DNA of 61,933 nucleotides from a virus (lineage: Duplodnaviria > Caudoviricetes), in IMG/VR virus record IMGVR_UViG_3300027798_000045, positions 1-61,933 of that record; one strand, given 5' to 3'. Shown in pieces: positions 10,067 to 18,004 of the stretch. Made by a program: the position numbers and the translations under genes. The notes below the pieces were generated by a model. It saw only the letters and a program-made list of their open reading frames with translations, made no database searches and was not told where the DNA came from. Numbering within the stretch: position 1 is the first letter of the stretch; each line of letters begins with the position of its first letter.

Positions 10067-11393
10067 ACGCAAGCTCTGCGGTGGCTGGGACTACTCCATT
10101 TCCGAGGAGTCGGAGTTCGTCGGTTCGATTGTCACCGGACACGCACAGCTTGGAATAGTCCAGCCCACGGGCAGTCCCATCAGGGTTTCTACCCAGCGAG
10201 GATTCAGTTTGCCGTTCGTTTCTCCTAATTTCGGTGTCGCGCCCACTTGATTCTGGAGATAAATCTGCTGGCTGTGCGCTTGGTTCTTCTCCTCCGCTGC
10301 GGATGGTGTTCTCCATTGCTTGACCTGTAACGTCAACGGCATCGTTGCCACGTCCCCCTTGGCTTGCCTCAAGGCCCATGTCTCCTGATTCTCGTCTGTG
10401 ACCTTGCCCGACCTTGGTGTCGCCCACAATTGCCGCTTCTCCTTCTCCACCATCTCTACTTGCTGATTGATGGTTTGAGATTGTAGCACTAGGCGACCAT
10501 CCGGTTGTAGCCTGTACGCCCTCTCTCCGGGTTTCGCTGGTTGACCGTCTTTCGTGAATAACGTCTCCACCCTGGCTCCAGCCTCGTTGGCTGATGGCGT
10601 TCTCCATTGAGATGACAACTCTGGGGGGTTCCCATGAGTGTTGGGGGATTGATGGACGACTCGGCCAGACCGTGATTTTTCCAATTTCGTACGGTTTACT
10701 TGATAACCATGAACCTCTGGATGATTGCTCAACCCCAGTTGTCCATAATTCGGACGACAACTGATCTTGCCCGCTTCCGCTGTTGTGGGTGTTGGCCAAG
10801 TCATCATTGTTATGTCCGACAAATTCTCTGGATTGCCTTTGTATGCTCTTGCTGATGGCCCTTTCCAATCCCTCGTCGTTGCGGTTGGCCAAGATGAAGA
10901 CTCGTTTGCGTTGATGAGGCGCGCCAACTTCAGCCGCGCTGAATATGCCCCACGTTGTTCTGTAACCCATTCTTCCCAAGTCTTCGATGACGTTGGACAA
11001 CCCCAACGAGATATGTCCTTCGACATTTTCAAAGAAACAGATACTTGGTCGCATTGAATCAATTCCATCTGCAATCCAAGGCCATAAATGTCTTGGGTCA
11101 TCTTTTCCGGCTCGCTTGCCTGCTGCGCTGAATGGTTGGCATGGATAACCGCCAGTGAGGAGGCCCACTTGGTCACGAAACGCTCCCCAAGGGAAGGTTT
11201 TAAGATCCGGCCAGATAGGTGCCGGGTCCATGAGTCCCGCTTCCATTTTTGCAACCAGGTTCGCAATGGCAAACGCTTCGATCTCACAAAGAGCGACTGT
11301 TCGCAGATTCGGGATGACTCTTTTAAGTCCAAGTTCAATGCCTCCGTATCCAGCGCACAAGCCAACGTGTGTAATTGTTTTGGTAGAATCCAT
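10029..11393 (-). CDS. DNA (cytosine-5) methyltransferase, catalytic alpha polypeptide (copy 1)
   Basis: Motifs I LCAGYGG, IV GYPCQPFS, VI FFENVEG, VIII PHQRKRVF, X LLGNGVVP; motif IX absent from this frame; start reassigned to ATG 11393. Confidence 0.9.
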   Translation of the reverse strand: MDSTKTITHVGLCAGYGGIELGLKRVIPNLRTVALCEIEAFAIANLVAKMEAGLMDPAPIWPDLKTFPWGAFRDQVGLLTGGYPCQPFSAAGKRAGKDDPRHLWPWIADGIDSMRPSICFFENVEGHISLGLSNVIEDLGRMGYRTTWGIFSAAEVGAPHQRKRVFILANRNDEGLERAISKSIQRQSREFVGHNNDDLANTHNSGSGQDQLSSELWTTGVEQSSRGSWLSSKPYEIGKITVWPSRPSIPQHSWEPPRVVISMENAISQRGWSQGGDVIHERRSTSETRREGVQATTGWSPSATISNHQSASRDGGEGEAAIVGDTKVGQGHRRESGDMGLEASQGGRGNDAVDVTGQAMENTIRSGGEEPSAQPADLSPESSGRDTEIRRNERQTESSLGRNPDGTARGLDYSKLCVSGDNRTDELRLLGNGVVPATAELAFRTLFSSLDADL

Positions 11394-11398
11394 GTCAT
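10091..11398 (-). CDS. C5 methyltransferase beta polypeptide in overlapping alternate frame (W-x-T-P modules plus motif IX), copy 1
   Basis: 435-aa ORF starting 5 nt upstream of the alpha ATG; five W-[PRA]-T-[PA] modules; LNPRWVETLMGLPVGWT is motif IX-like; same architecture as M.EcoHK31I. Confidence 0.8.
   Translation of the reverse strand: MTWILPKQLHTLACALDTEALNLDLKESSRICEQSLFVRSKRLPLRTWLQKWKRDSWTRHLSGRILKPSLGERFVTKWASSLAVIHANHSAQQASEPEKMTQDIYGLGLQMELIQCDQVSVSLKMSKDISRWGCPTSSKTWEEWVTEQRGAYSARLKLARLINANESSSWPTATTRDWKGPSARAYKGNPENLSDITMMTWPTPTTAEAGKISCRPNYGQLGLSNHPEVHGYQVNRTKLEKSRSGRVVHQSPNTHGNPPELSSQWRTPSANEAGARVETLFTKDGQPAKPGERAYRLQPDGRLVLQSQTINQQVEMVEKEKRQLWATPRSGKVTDENQETWALRQAKGDVATMPLTLQVKQWRTPSAAEEKNQAHSQQIYLQNQVGATPKLGETNGKLNPRWVETLMGLPVGWTIPSCACPVTIEPTNSDSSEME
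10929..11055 (+). repeat. 127-bp exact repeat, identical to window end 61807-61933
   Basis: Base-by-base comparison; the flanking mismatch is 10928 (C) vs 61806 (T). Confidence 0.95.
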
Positions 11399-11410
11399 TT
11401 TGGTGATGGT

Positions 11411-11629
11411 TTACTTTTTCGCCCGGTGTATCACGCGCGCATCCTCCAATTCGGAGGGCCACGTCATCCAGCCCTTTTCACGGGCCTCGGCGAGCAGGCC
11501 GGGAAGCTCCGCGAGTTCGTTCGCAGACAGCCCCTTCGATTGCATGGCAGCCTTCAACTCTCCGGGGCGAGGTCCGGACTTGTACTCGCCCTTCCATCGC
11601 TTGCTGAATCCGCTGGTGTGGTGACTCAT
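11411..11629 (-). CDS. Hypothetical protein
   Basis: ATGA-coupled to upstream gene in the leftward operon. Confidence 0.6.
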   Translation of the reverse strand: MSHHTSGFSKRWKGEYKSGPRPGELKAAMQSKGLSANELAELPGLLAEAREKGWMTWPSELEDARVIHRAKK

Positions 11630-11898
11630 TCCAGGTCCCCCACCAGCCGATGGCTGGCCTCCGGCGACAGGGTGATGACGCCAGCTTCGACCGCCGCGAC
11701 CGTGGCGGCAATCCGCCGCTCCTCGGCCTTGGTGGCAATCTGGATTCGACGAAGGGCCTTGCCTCCGATGCCACGGCGGACCGCGCGTCGGGTTCCAGGA
11801 CGTGCGGCTGCAACCATGCGGGCCGGTGATGTGATTCGTGACACCACTCGGCCGAGGCCGTGGTGCAGGCTTGGATTCTTGATTTCAAACGTGTTCAT
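11626..11898 (-). CDS. Hypothetical basic protein
   Basis: Start reassigned to ATG 11898 (ATGA overlap). Confidence 0.55.
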   Translation of the reverse strand: MNTFEIKNPSLHHGLGRVVSRITSPARMVAAARPGTRRAVRRGIGGKALRRIQIATKAEERRIAATVAAVEAGVITLSPEASHRLVGDLE

Positions 11899-12089
11899 TG
11901 ATTTTCCTCCACCGTATCGCTCATGCGCGCCGCGCACGCCATCGCCGCGTCCTCGGTGTCGAACATCAGCGGTCGGTCCTCTCCATATCCCGCACCGTCC
12001 CAGACAATCTCTCCAGCTGAGTCGATGATGTGCCAGCCGCGGACATACTCCCTCACTCCGTAGCGTTTGAATGTGGTTGATTTGTTCAT
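11895..12089 (-). CDS. Hypothetical protein
   Basis: ATG start after A-rich leader; operon packing. Confidence 0.6.
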   Translation of the reverse strand: MNKSTTFKRYGVREYVRGWHIIDSAGEIVWDGAGYGEDRPLMFDTEDAAMACAARMSDTVEENQ

Positions 12090-12225
12090 ATTGTTACTAT
12101 CGTTTCCGTTGATTAAACCCCGCCCGATGGTTTTCGCCCCCTATTCCACAATAAGAGACACCGGGCGGGAACCGACCAACGACAGGTTGGCCGGAAAATA
12201 GGTGGCCCGTATCGTGGGCCGGACG

Positions 12226-12483
12226 TTACAGGTTTCGAGTCACCAAGTCCTCCCTGACCGCCGCGGTCACGAACACGTCACCTGGCTCCGGAACCCAGTT
12301 CCACCGGAGCCACCTGACCGGCCCGCGACGCTCGTAGGAGACCGATAGGAGCCTCCGGGGCTTATCGCCGTGGATTCGGCGGGCCGCTGTCGTTCGGACG
12401 CACACAGGATGCTTCGGAAGCGGGTCCAGGCCAAGAGCAATCCGATGGAAACTGACAGACCTGGACGTGACGGAGTGGCTCAC
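12226..12483 (-). CDS. Hypothetical protein
   Basis: GTG 12483 overlaps the stop of the upstream small gene. Confidence 0.4.
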   Translation of the reverse strand: MSHSVTSRSVSFHRIALGLDPLPKHPVCVRTTAARRIHGDKPRRLLSVSYERRGPVRWLRWNWVPEPGDVFVTAAVREDLVTRNL

Positions 12484-12644
12484 AGCTTGCCTTCCCCGTT
12501 GCATGCGCGGCACAGGCCGCTTTGTCGTATGTGGCTGACACCCGTTCCATCGCACACCGGACACGTCCGGCGAAGCTTGCTGAATCCGTACAGCATTACG
12601 GCGATTGCGGCCAAGTAGGCCAGCGAGCACAGGAGGTAAATCAT
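12480..12644 (-). CDS. Small membrane-anchored DnaJ-type zinc-finger protein (54 aa), not in ORF track
   Basis: MIYLLCSLAYLAAIAVMLYGFSKLRRTCPVCDGTG...CRACNGEGKL: TM helix plus two CxxCxGxG; ATGA-coupled. Confidence 0.7.
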   Translation of the reverse strand: MIYLLCSLAYLAAIAVMLYGFSKLRRTCPVCDGTGVSHIRQSGLCRACNGEGKL

Positions 12645-13081
12645 TTAGTTAGTTTGTGAATGTTCCGTTTCCAGTTGCGATTGCCAACCGGGTCTGCGCT
12701 TGGCGGACAGTACCGATTGGCAAGAAAATCCAGTTCATCACCGGGCCGGCCGGATTTGATCCACCTTGTCCGCGAGTTTCGGATGGTGTTGAGGCAGATT
12801 TTGCGCCCGTGCGCGGCGTCGCGGACCTTGATGGACAAGATTCCGTATGGAGCCTTCGCCTTTGCGCCACCTTCCAACTTGTAAATCGCGTTGGCGATTT
12901 CGTCGTCGGTCGCCGCAAGCGCGGAACAGGAGAACGCCATCGCTCCGAGGAGGAGCAAGGCAGGGATGGCGGCGTCCCGGATGGATTGGGCGAGCCTGTG
13001 CCGGGCCAGCCTGCGGTTCAGGCTGGCCGTGAAGTAGAGGTCGATGTCGCCGGGGCGGATGTTTGAGGGGTGGGTTTTCAT
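12641..13081 (-). CDS. Putative lysozyme-fold/transglycosylase-like protein with hydrophobic signal segment
   Basis: IANAIYKLEGG (candidate catalytic Glu after a helix), YGILS, FLANRYCP...NWKRN; preceded by ALLLLGAMAFSCSALA. Confidence 0.5.
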   Translation of the reverse strand: MKTHPSNIRPGDIDLYFTASLNRRLARHRLAQSIRDAAIPALLLLGAMAFSCSALAATDDEIANAIYKLEGGAKAKAPYGILSIKVRDAAHGRKICLNTIRNSRTRWIKSGRPGDELDFLANRYCPPSADPVGNRNWKRNIHKLTK

Positions 13082-13764
13082 TTCGAGAGTTCTCCCGTCC
13101 ACTGTGAAGCCATGGCCGCGGCGATTCCCGGGTACGTCACGGACCTAAGCGCCCATCGGTCCGCGCTGGGGCCCAGCTTGTTCTGCCCGCTGTCCGTCTG
13201 ATTGGACCAGCGCGGCAGGAACCAGGCCCCAGCCAGGGCGCAGGACGGGCACGCCTGCAAATCCTGGACCCGCGAGACCGCCTTGCACCTCTTGCATGCC
13301 CGCCGAGGCGGGACGTACTCGGTAGGCTTGAGCTTGGGCAGTCCCCGAATCCACAGGCACGTTCCCTTCGATGCATCGTGCCCGTACGAGTACGGCTGGA
13401 TGATTTGGTCCGGCTTCCTGATCCGCGTGGAAATCACGCCGACCGGGTTCTCGATGGCCACCCGCGGGCAGTCCGCCTCCATGAAGGCCTGGACGAACGT
13501 CAACGCATCCTCTGTGTGCTGCGGGTCGCGAAGACCCCGCGTCGTCCAGTGTTGCCCGGACGAACACAGGTATGTGCAAGGCGGGTGCGAAATCACCAGA
13601 TTCCACGGGCGGGAGCGGAGCGCGACGAGCGCGTCGCCCTGGATGTGCTGGCCGGGCGATTCTGTGGGGAGCAGGTCGCAAGACCAAGCGTCCGCGCCAA
13701 GGCGCGCGAACGCATCACGGACGGTTCCCGAGAACTCACAGCAAACGAGCACGGAAGGCTTCAC
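13078..13764 (-). CDS. Small phage-type DNA cytosine methyltransferase
   Basis: VLVCCEFSG, WSCDL, HPPCTYL (PC), IENPVG, RSVTYPGIAAAMASQW; contains a CxxC...CxxC insert. Confidence 0.8.
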   Translation of the reverse strand: MKPSVLVCCEFSGTVRDAFARLGADAWSCDLLPTESPGQHIQGDALVALRSRPWNLVISHPPCTYLCSSGQHWTTRGLRDPQHTEDALTFVQAFMEADCPRVAIENPVGVISTRIRKPDQIIQPYSYGHDASKGTCLWIRGLPKLKPTEYVPPRRACKRCKAVSRVQDLQACPSCALAGAWFLPRWSNQTDSGQNKLGPSADRWALRSVTYPGIAAAMASQWTGELSK

Positions 13765-13955
13765 GCGAGACGGCCCTCAAGTTCCGCGATGTCCGTCGCG
13801 ATGCGGGCCGCAGAGTAGCCGCGCACCGGCTTCCCTGTGCGTCGCGCTTGCTCCAAATCGGCCCGCATCGTCGCGAGGTTTTTGCGGAACTGTTCGCGAA
13901 CCTGTGCCTCGGTGCAGCAAAGCGTCCGGGCGAGTTGTGGGATGGTAGGTTTCAT
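13761..13955 (-). CDS. Hypothetical protein
   Basis: Coupled to both neighbours. Confidence 0.55.
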   Translation of the reverse strand: MKPTIPQLARTLCCTEAQVREQFRKNLATMRADLEQARRTGKPVRGYSAARIATDIAELEGRLA

Positions 13956-14143
13956 TTCGCGTCACAGTAGTCTTGGAAGGAACCGACGCCTTTCAAGTAT
14001 GCCGCCGCAAACCACGCGCGGCCCGGAAACCAGCCGAGTTTTTCCCCGGCGTAGTCGTTCAATCGCTTGAGACTGTGCCGCTTCGCCCCTTTCTTCGCGT
14101 CTGTAATGTTTCCGTTTACTAGGTTGTCGAACACTTTTTGCAT
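13952..14143 (-). CDS. Hypothetical protein
   Basis: ATG start, operon packing. Confidence 0.6.
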   Translation of the reverse strand: MQKVFDNLVNGNITDAKKGAKRHSLKRLNDYAGEKLGWFPGRAWFAAAYLKGVGSFQDYCDAK

Positions 14144-14211
14144 ATCGTTTCTGTGTTAGTTGTGAATCCGCAGAATGCGCGCCGACCGAGGCCGGCGCGA
14201 CTTCTAGGGAT

Positions 14212-14517
14212 TCAGGCTGTCGCTTTGGCGATGGCGAGGCGGATAACGTCCCGCGTCCCCTGTGTCGAATCGAACGGTCGGGCCGGAGATAGGCGTTCAA
14301 TCGTCGCCTGCGCCAGTTCCAAAGCCGCCAGCAACTCCGGGGCCGCCGCAATCAGGCGGGCGTTGGCGTCCCCTTCCGTCTGACCCGTGACGCCGCCTAG
14401 GCCGTTGCACTCTGCGAAAATTGAGGTCGATCCATCGGGGCGCTTGTGGCCGATTGGGATGCTGTTTCGGTCGGTGTAGCGTTCCAGCGCGAGCCACGGC
14501 CCTTGTGTGTGTTTCAT
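14212..14517 (-). CDS. Conserved phage early protein (HTxGPW...ANARLIAAAPELL family)
   Basis: MKHTQGPW and ANARLIAAAPELLAALE are hallmark motifs of a widespread phage family. Confidence 0.8.
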   Translation of the reverse strand: MKHTQGPWLALERYTDRNSIPIGHKRPDGSTSIFAECNGLGGVTGQTEGDANARLIAAAPELLAALELAQATIERLSPARPFDSTQGTRDVIRLAIAKATA

Positions 14518-14595
14518 TCTGTTATGGTTGTTCGTTGTTTTCCACTGTGCAAACGTCGGCCTCGCCCGCAGACGGGCCGGTTGTTTGGACGGTGG

Positions 14596-15045
14596 CTATT
14601 CGCACACGGCCAACCCGCGCGTGTAGATTTCGTCCAGCTTCTCGCCGGGGCGCACGTCCGAAGCGCGGAGGAGGTACAGAGCGCAGCCGCGCGGGTCGGT
14701 TTGGTGATAGTATTGAAAGCGCCCCTCGCCAGACCCGGCCGGGTCAACGCGGAAGTTACGGGCCGCGACAAGCAAGTGTAGCCGTTTAAGCGCGCCCGCT
14801 TCCCGGTCAGGGATAGCCTCGCGGCGGACCTTGCTGCCGGCCTTGTGGGAGTGGACGACGCGGAACGGCTTGCCGGTTTTCTCGTCGCGTTCGATGGACC
14901 AAGACGCGAAATCGTTGCTGTCGCCGCATTCTTGCTCGCCCCATCGAGAAAGCGTCATCGAAATGCGGCGGATCTGCCAAGCCTCGTCGGCCGTGAAGCC
15001 GAGGGCGGTGATGCGTTGAATCAGTTCCGTGGTGCGTTTAGTCAT
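14596..15045 (-). CDS. Conserved hypothetical early protein
   Basis: IPDREAGALKRL and YYHQTDPRGCALY motifs; ATG after A-rich leader. Confidence 0.7.
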   Translation of the reverse strand: MTKRTTELIQRITALGFTADEAWQIRRISMTLSRWGEQECGDSNDFASWSIERDEKTGKPFRVVHSHKAGSKVRREAIPDREAGALKRLHLLVAARNFRVDPAGSGEGRFQYYHQTDPRGCALYLLRASDVRPGEKLDEIYTRGLAVCE

Positions 15046-15102
15046 AGGTTTTCTAGGTTCGTGGTTTTCTGTGCGGTTTTGGGGGTGAAAATTGCGGGCC
15101 GG

Positions 15103-15492
15103 TTAGCGAACACCGTAGCACTTCAAAAGCCGCGCGATACGCATGGCGCTGGACCCGGAAACCGTGCGGGGGACGTGCATGGAAACGGAAACCGCCTCGC
15201 CGTCCATGTCCATCGCGCCGCCGTACGTGAACCAGCGCGGCGGGGACGTGCGGGAGACGGGGCAGGAATCGGCCTCAACCGGGCCGTGAGACTCGCGGGC
15301 GGTCAGGAACTCCACCGCGTCCCTGAGGCAGAAAACGGACGGGACTTCCGGGGACCAATCGGATTCTGCGGGCGAGATCCACGGGCCGCGGCCCGCATCG
15401 GAGACGAAGCCGCGCCGATCGGCGTCCCCGTCGCGGACGGATTCTTCTGTGACGACTTCAAAGGTGAGGCGAAAGCGTTGTTTCATGTTCAA
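15103..15492 (-). CDS. Hypothetical early protein
   Basis: TFEVVTEESVRDGDADRRGF; fits the leftward gene series. Confidence 0.65.
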   Translation of the reverse strand: MNMKQRFRLTFEVVTEESVRDGDADRRGFVSDAGRGPWISPAESDWSPEVPSVFCLRDAVEFLTARESHGPVEADSCPVSRTSPPRWFTYGGAMDMDGEAVSVSMHVPRTVSGSSAMRIARLLKCYGVR

Positions 15493-15522
15493 TCGGTTCT
15501 ATGCGTTGCGGTTGCGGGCTGG

Positions 15523-15915
15523 TTATTCGGTGACAAGCCGTTCCCCGGCTTCAATCGCGGCCATCAAATCACATTGGACGCATTCGAGTTCCGAGGACAC
15601 CTGAGCCAGCGCCTCCGTCACTTCCCGGGGGAACAATTCCGAGTTCTCGCCGTCCATCCCGTCCATTCCCTTCCGTTCCGCGTAGCGGTAAGATTCAGCG
15701 GCGGCACCCATGAACGAAAGGAGCGTCTCGAAAGCGTCCTCAACGGTGCGGGACATCGGCGACAACCGAAGGCCCGCAACGCGGTGTTCGCCGAAAGGCC
15801 CGTCCAAAACGAACCCGGAGCGGTCCAGCGAGACTGTGACGGTTTCGGCTCCCGTGCCGATGGCGATGGCGGGGAGGAGGCGGGCGGAGATACTAAATGG
15901 AGCGTGCAGTTGCAT
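15523..15915 (-). CDS. Hypothetical acidic early protein
   Basis: Globular composition; leftward gene series. Confidence 0.65.
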   Translation of the reverse strand: MQLHAPFSISARLLPAIAIGTGAETVTVSLDRSGFVLDGPFGEHRVAGLRLSPMSRTVEDAFETLLSFMGAAAESYRYAERKGMDGMDGENSELFPREVTEALAQVSSELECVQCDLMAAIEAGERLVTE

Positions 15916-16014
15916 GGCGTGGTATGGTTGCGGGCCGTGTGGCGGTTCGTGGTTTCCGGGCCGGTTCTGACCGCCCGCTAGGCCCCCCCGTTGCCGAGGG
16001 GACCGCGCGGGAGG

Positions 16015-16443
16015 TCAGACTTCCGTTTCGATTTCTAGGACAATCCCAAGCTCCGCGATGAATGCGGGCGTCAGCCGATCCAAGGCGTCCCCGTTCAGGT
16101 CCTTGGCGTAAATGCCGTGATCCTTGTCGGGGGTTGGACCGCCGCGCCCGTTGGGCCGGTATCCGTAAGCCTCATCCCAACACGCTTGTGCGTGATACAT
16201 CTCTTTGCCCTCTGGCATGGATTCGATGCGATGGAATTCTTCAAGGGCGTCGTCAGCCGTGGGGAAGAACTCATCTTCCGCGATACCGTAGGAGTCTTGC
16301 CACGTCCGGGCACGTACGATACCGGACACGCCCATGCTGTCGCGGTGGATCCAGAGCGGGCCGAAGCCGTCGTCGTAAACGGGAATCGGCGTGCCGTGGG
16401 CAAAGCGGGCGGAAACGAGGCGTTGGTTGTCTTGTAGGTTCAT
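16015..16443 (-). CDS. Hypothetical acidic early protein
   Basis: Globular composition; followed by a GC-rich hairpin region near 15980-16003. Confidence 0.65.
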   Translation of the reverse strand: MNLQDNQRLVSARFAHGTPIPVYDDGFGPLWIHRDSMGVSGIVRARTWQDSYGIAEDEFFPTADDALEEFHRIESMPEGKEMYHAQACWDEAYGYRPNGRGGPTPDKDHGIYAKDLNGDALDRLTPAFIAELGIVLEIETEV

Positions 16444-16465
16444 GAGTTTAGAGGGTCAGGGGGAT

Positions 16466-16762
16466 TCAAGCCGCGCGGATTTCGTCGATCGTGAACGAGG
16501 GCAGGCCGCGGGAAGCAAGCCAACGCTCAATTTGCGCGCACGTCGGCGGCGTTTGGCGGGCCGCGCGGATGGCCGCGAAATCCACCTTCATCCCCGTGCC
16601 TTCGCAGGTCGGGCAGTTGTCGCGGGCCTGTCCGGGCCGGCAGAAGCACGGGCGGCCAGTGATCGGGGTCCAGCCGACGGTTGCGGCAGGTTTCGGTTGC
16701 GGGCTGGTCGGGAGGTTTTGTTTCACGTCCACAGGAAACCACGCCTGCCGCCCCGCGTCCAC
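16466..16762 (-). CDS. Small zinc-finger protein (start may be GTG 16726)
   Basis: CFC...CPTCEGTG. Confidence 0.55.
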   Translation of the reverse strand: MDAGRQAWFPVDVKQNLPTSPQPKPAATVGWTPITGRPCFCRPGQARDNCPTCEGTGMKVDFAAIRAARQTPPTCAQIERWLASRGLPSFTIDEIRAA

Positions 16763-16799
16763 ATCTTTCTAATGTGATTTCACTCACAAGCGCGAACGT

Positions 16800-17045
16800 G
16801 AAACGGGAGCGCGGAACGGGAGCGCGGAACGTGGGACGCGGAGCGCGGGACCGCGGACCGCGGAGCGGAGCGGCGGAGCGGCGGAGCGGCGGAGCGGACG
16901 GCGGAGCGCGGAGCGGAGCGGAGCGGCTGGACGCGGCGCGGAGCGCAGGACGCGGAGCGGAGCGCAGGACGCGGAGCGCAGGACCGGACCGCAGGACGAC
17001 AGGACGACAGGACCTCAGGACCAGACCAGACCCACAGCCAGGCAC
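16800..17045 (+). repeat. Strand-skewed, nearly T-free array of short drifting repeats (GGAGC, GCGGAGC, CAGGAC, CCAGA)
   Basis: Directly visible; no credible protein in any frame. Confidence 0.9.
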
Positions 17046-17138
17046 GCATACCTAAGCAACTCGATCAGGTTACTCAGGATGGAGAAACCGGAACCGGAGG
17101 CTTGACTTGCGGGGCAATCCTAAGTAACTCGATCAAGT

Positions 17139-17504
17139 ATGCCGGGATTAGAATTCCAGACCCCAAAAACGACACCGAAATCGCTTGCCCGTAGGCAGGC
17201 AAGGGCAGGAACAGTTATGGCGCTGATGCGAGCGAGCGAACCGGCGGCCATGATGCTGGCCTGTCGGCGTGAATGGTTGGCCATGACGGAGCTCGCGCGG
17301 GACGGCTCGCTCGAAGTGTCCGATCGCGTTGCGGCTCTCGGCGGGGCCGTGAAGGTCCGCGACCAGCTGCTCGAGCTGCTGGCTATCCCTCGCCGGCCGG
17401 TCGCTGGCGCGAAGGCTACCCGCAGCGCCGACCTTTCCACCATGCAAGCCTTCGACCTCCCCGAAATGCCCGTTGTCCCCGCTCAGGATTCCCCGAATCC
17501 CTGA
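17139..17504 (+). CDS. Hypothetical helical protein, candidate terminase small subunit
   Basis: Isolated rightward 121-aa ORF next to repeats and G-tracts; function inferred from context only. Confidence 0.4.
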   Translation: MPGLEFQTPKTTPKSLARRQARAGTVMALMRASEPAAMMLACRREWLAMTELARDGSLEVSDRVAALGGAVKVRDQLLELLAIPRRPVAGAKATRSADLSTMQAFDLPEMPVVPAQDSPNP

Positions 17505-17521
17505 GCAATCCAGCGCCAAAG

Positions 17522-17715
17522 CACAAGCCTGATAGGCTTGTGACCGGGTGCGGTGCCGACCAGCTGCGCCGTGGGCGCGACCTCCGCGGCGATTAGGACG
17601 ACCTCCGCGGCGGCCCCGGCCGCGACGTGCCGACCAGCTGCGCCGTGGGCCGACCTCGGGCAAGGAATCTCTTTTTCCCCGGGCCGGGAGGGGGCCGGGG
17701 GGCCGGGGGAGGGGG
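17522..17715. repeat. Hairpin, 24-bp direct repeats and G-tract cluster (candidate packaging/terminus site)
   Basis: CACAAGCCT-GAT-AGGCTTGTG at 17522-17542; GTGCCGACCAGCTGCGCCGTGGGC at 17553 and 17627; G-runs at 17681-17715. Confidence 0.7.
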
Positions 17716-18004
17716 CTTTTCGACCCCAGGCCCACCCGCAAACCCCCTCTCAATACTTCCGGAAGTTTCCCACCGGGTTTCCTCCAGGACGGCTCGGACC
17801 CCCGCCTCCGCTGTCCTCACTCTCTAGACAAATAAAAACGCTCTGGCGGTGGCACCACGGCGCGGGAATCGGTACTGCAAGCTAAGGGTCAACTCACCCT
17901 GACGGTGTAGAGTCTGCCGCTGTCGTCGGGCTGGAACCTCTCCGCCGCCATGCCTGACGCAGGCTGTCGGATGCCCCGAGAACGCCCCGGAACCCGCCTG
18001 AAAG

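Larger units (their letters stand above)
1..10928. mobile_element. Fragment of phage A (tail/ejection module, small basic genes, 3' part of MTase locus)
   Basis: Co-directional structural genes syntenic and homologous to phage B 41724-56448 but diverged; visibly lower GC than 11411-60880. Confidence 0.85.

Noticed and set aside
10057-11055. MTase duplication as integrase attL/attR or as a DGR template/variable pair
   Set aside because: The homology is ~1 kb and mosaic rather than a short core; differences are not adenine-specific and no reverse transcriptase is present.
10029-11462. MTase as a frameshifted pseudogene, and the upstream start at 11462
   Set aside because: Both frames are fully open in both copies; the extension to 11462 overlaps gene 11411-11629 and motif I follows ATG 11393 directly.
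16527-17055. Arg/Ala/Pro-rich ORFs across the repeat tract
   Set aside because: Open only because the tract lacks T on one strand and A on the other, so stop codons cannot form.
16800-17660. Possible CRISPR array
   Set aside because: Repeats are short, drifting or present only twice, with no regular unique spacers and no cas genes.
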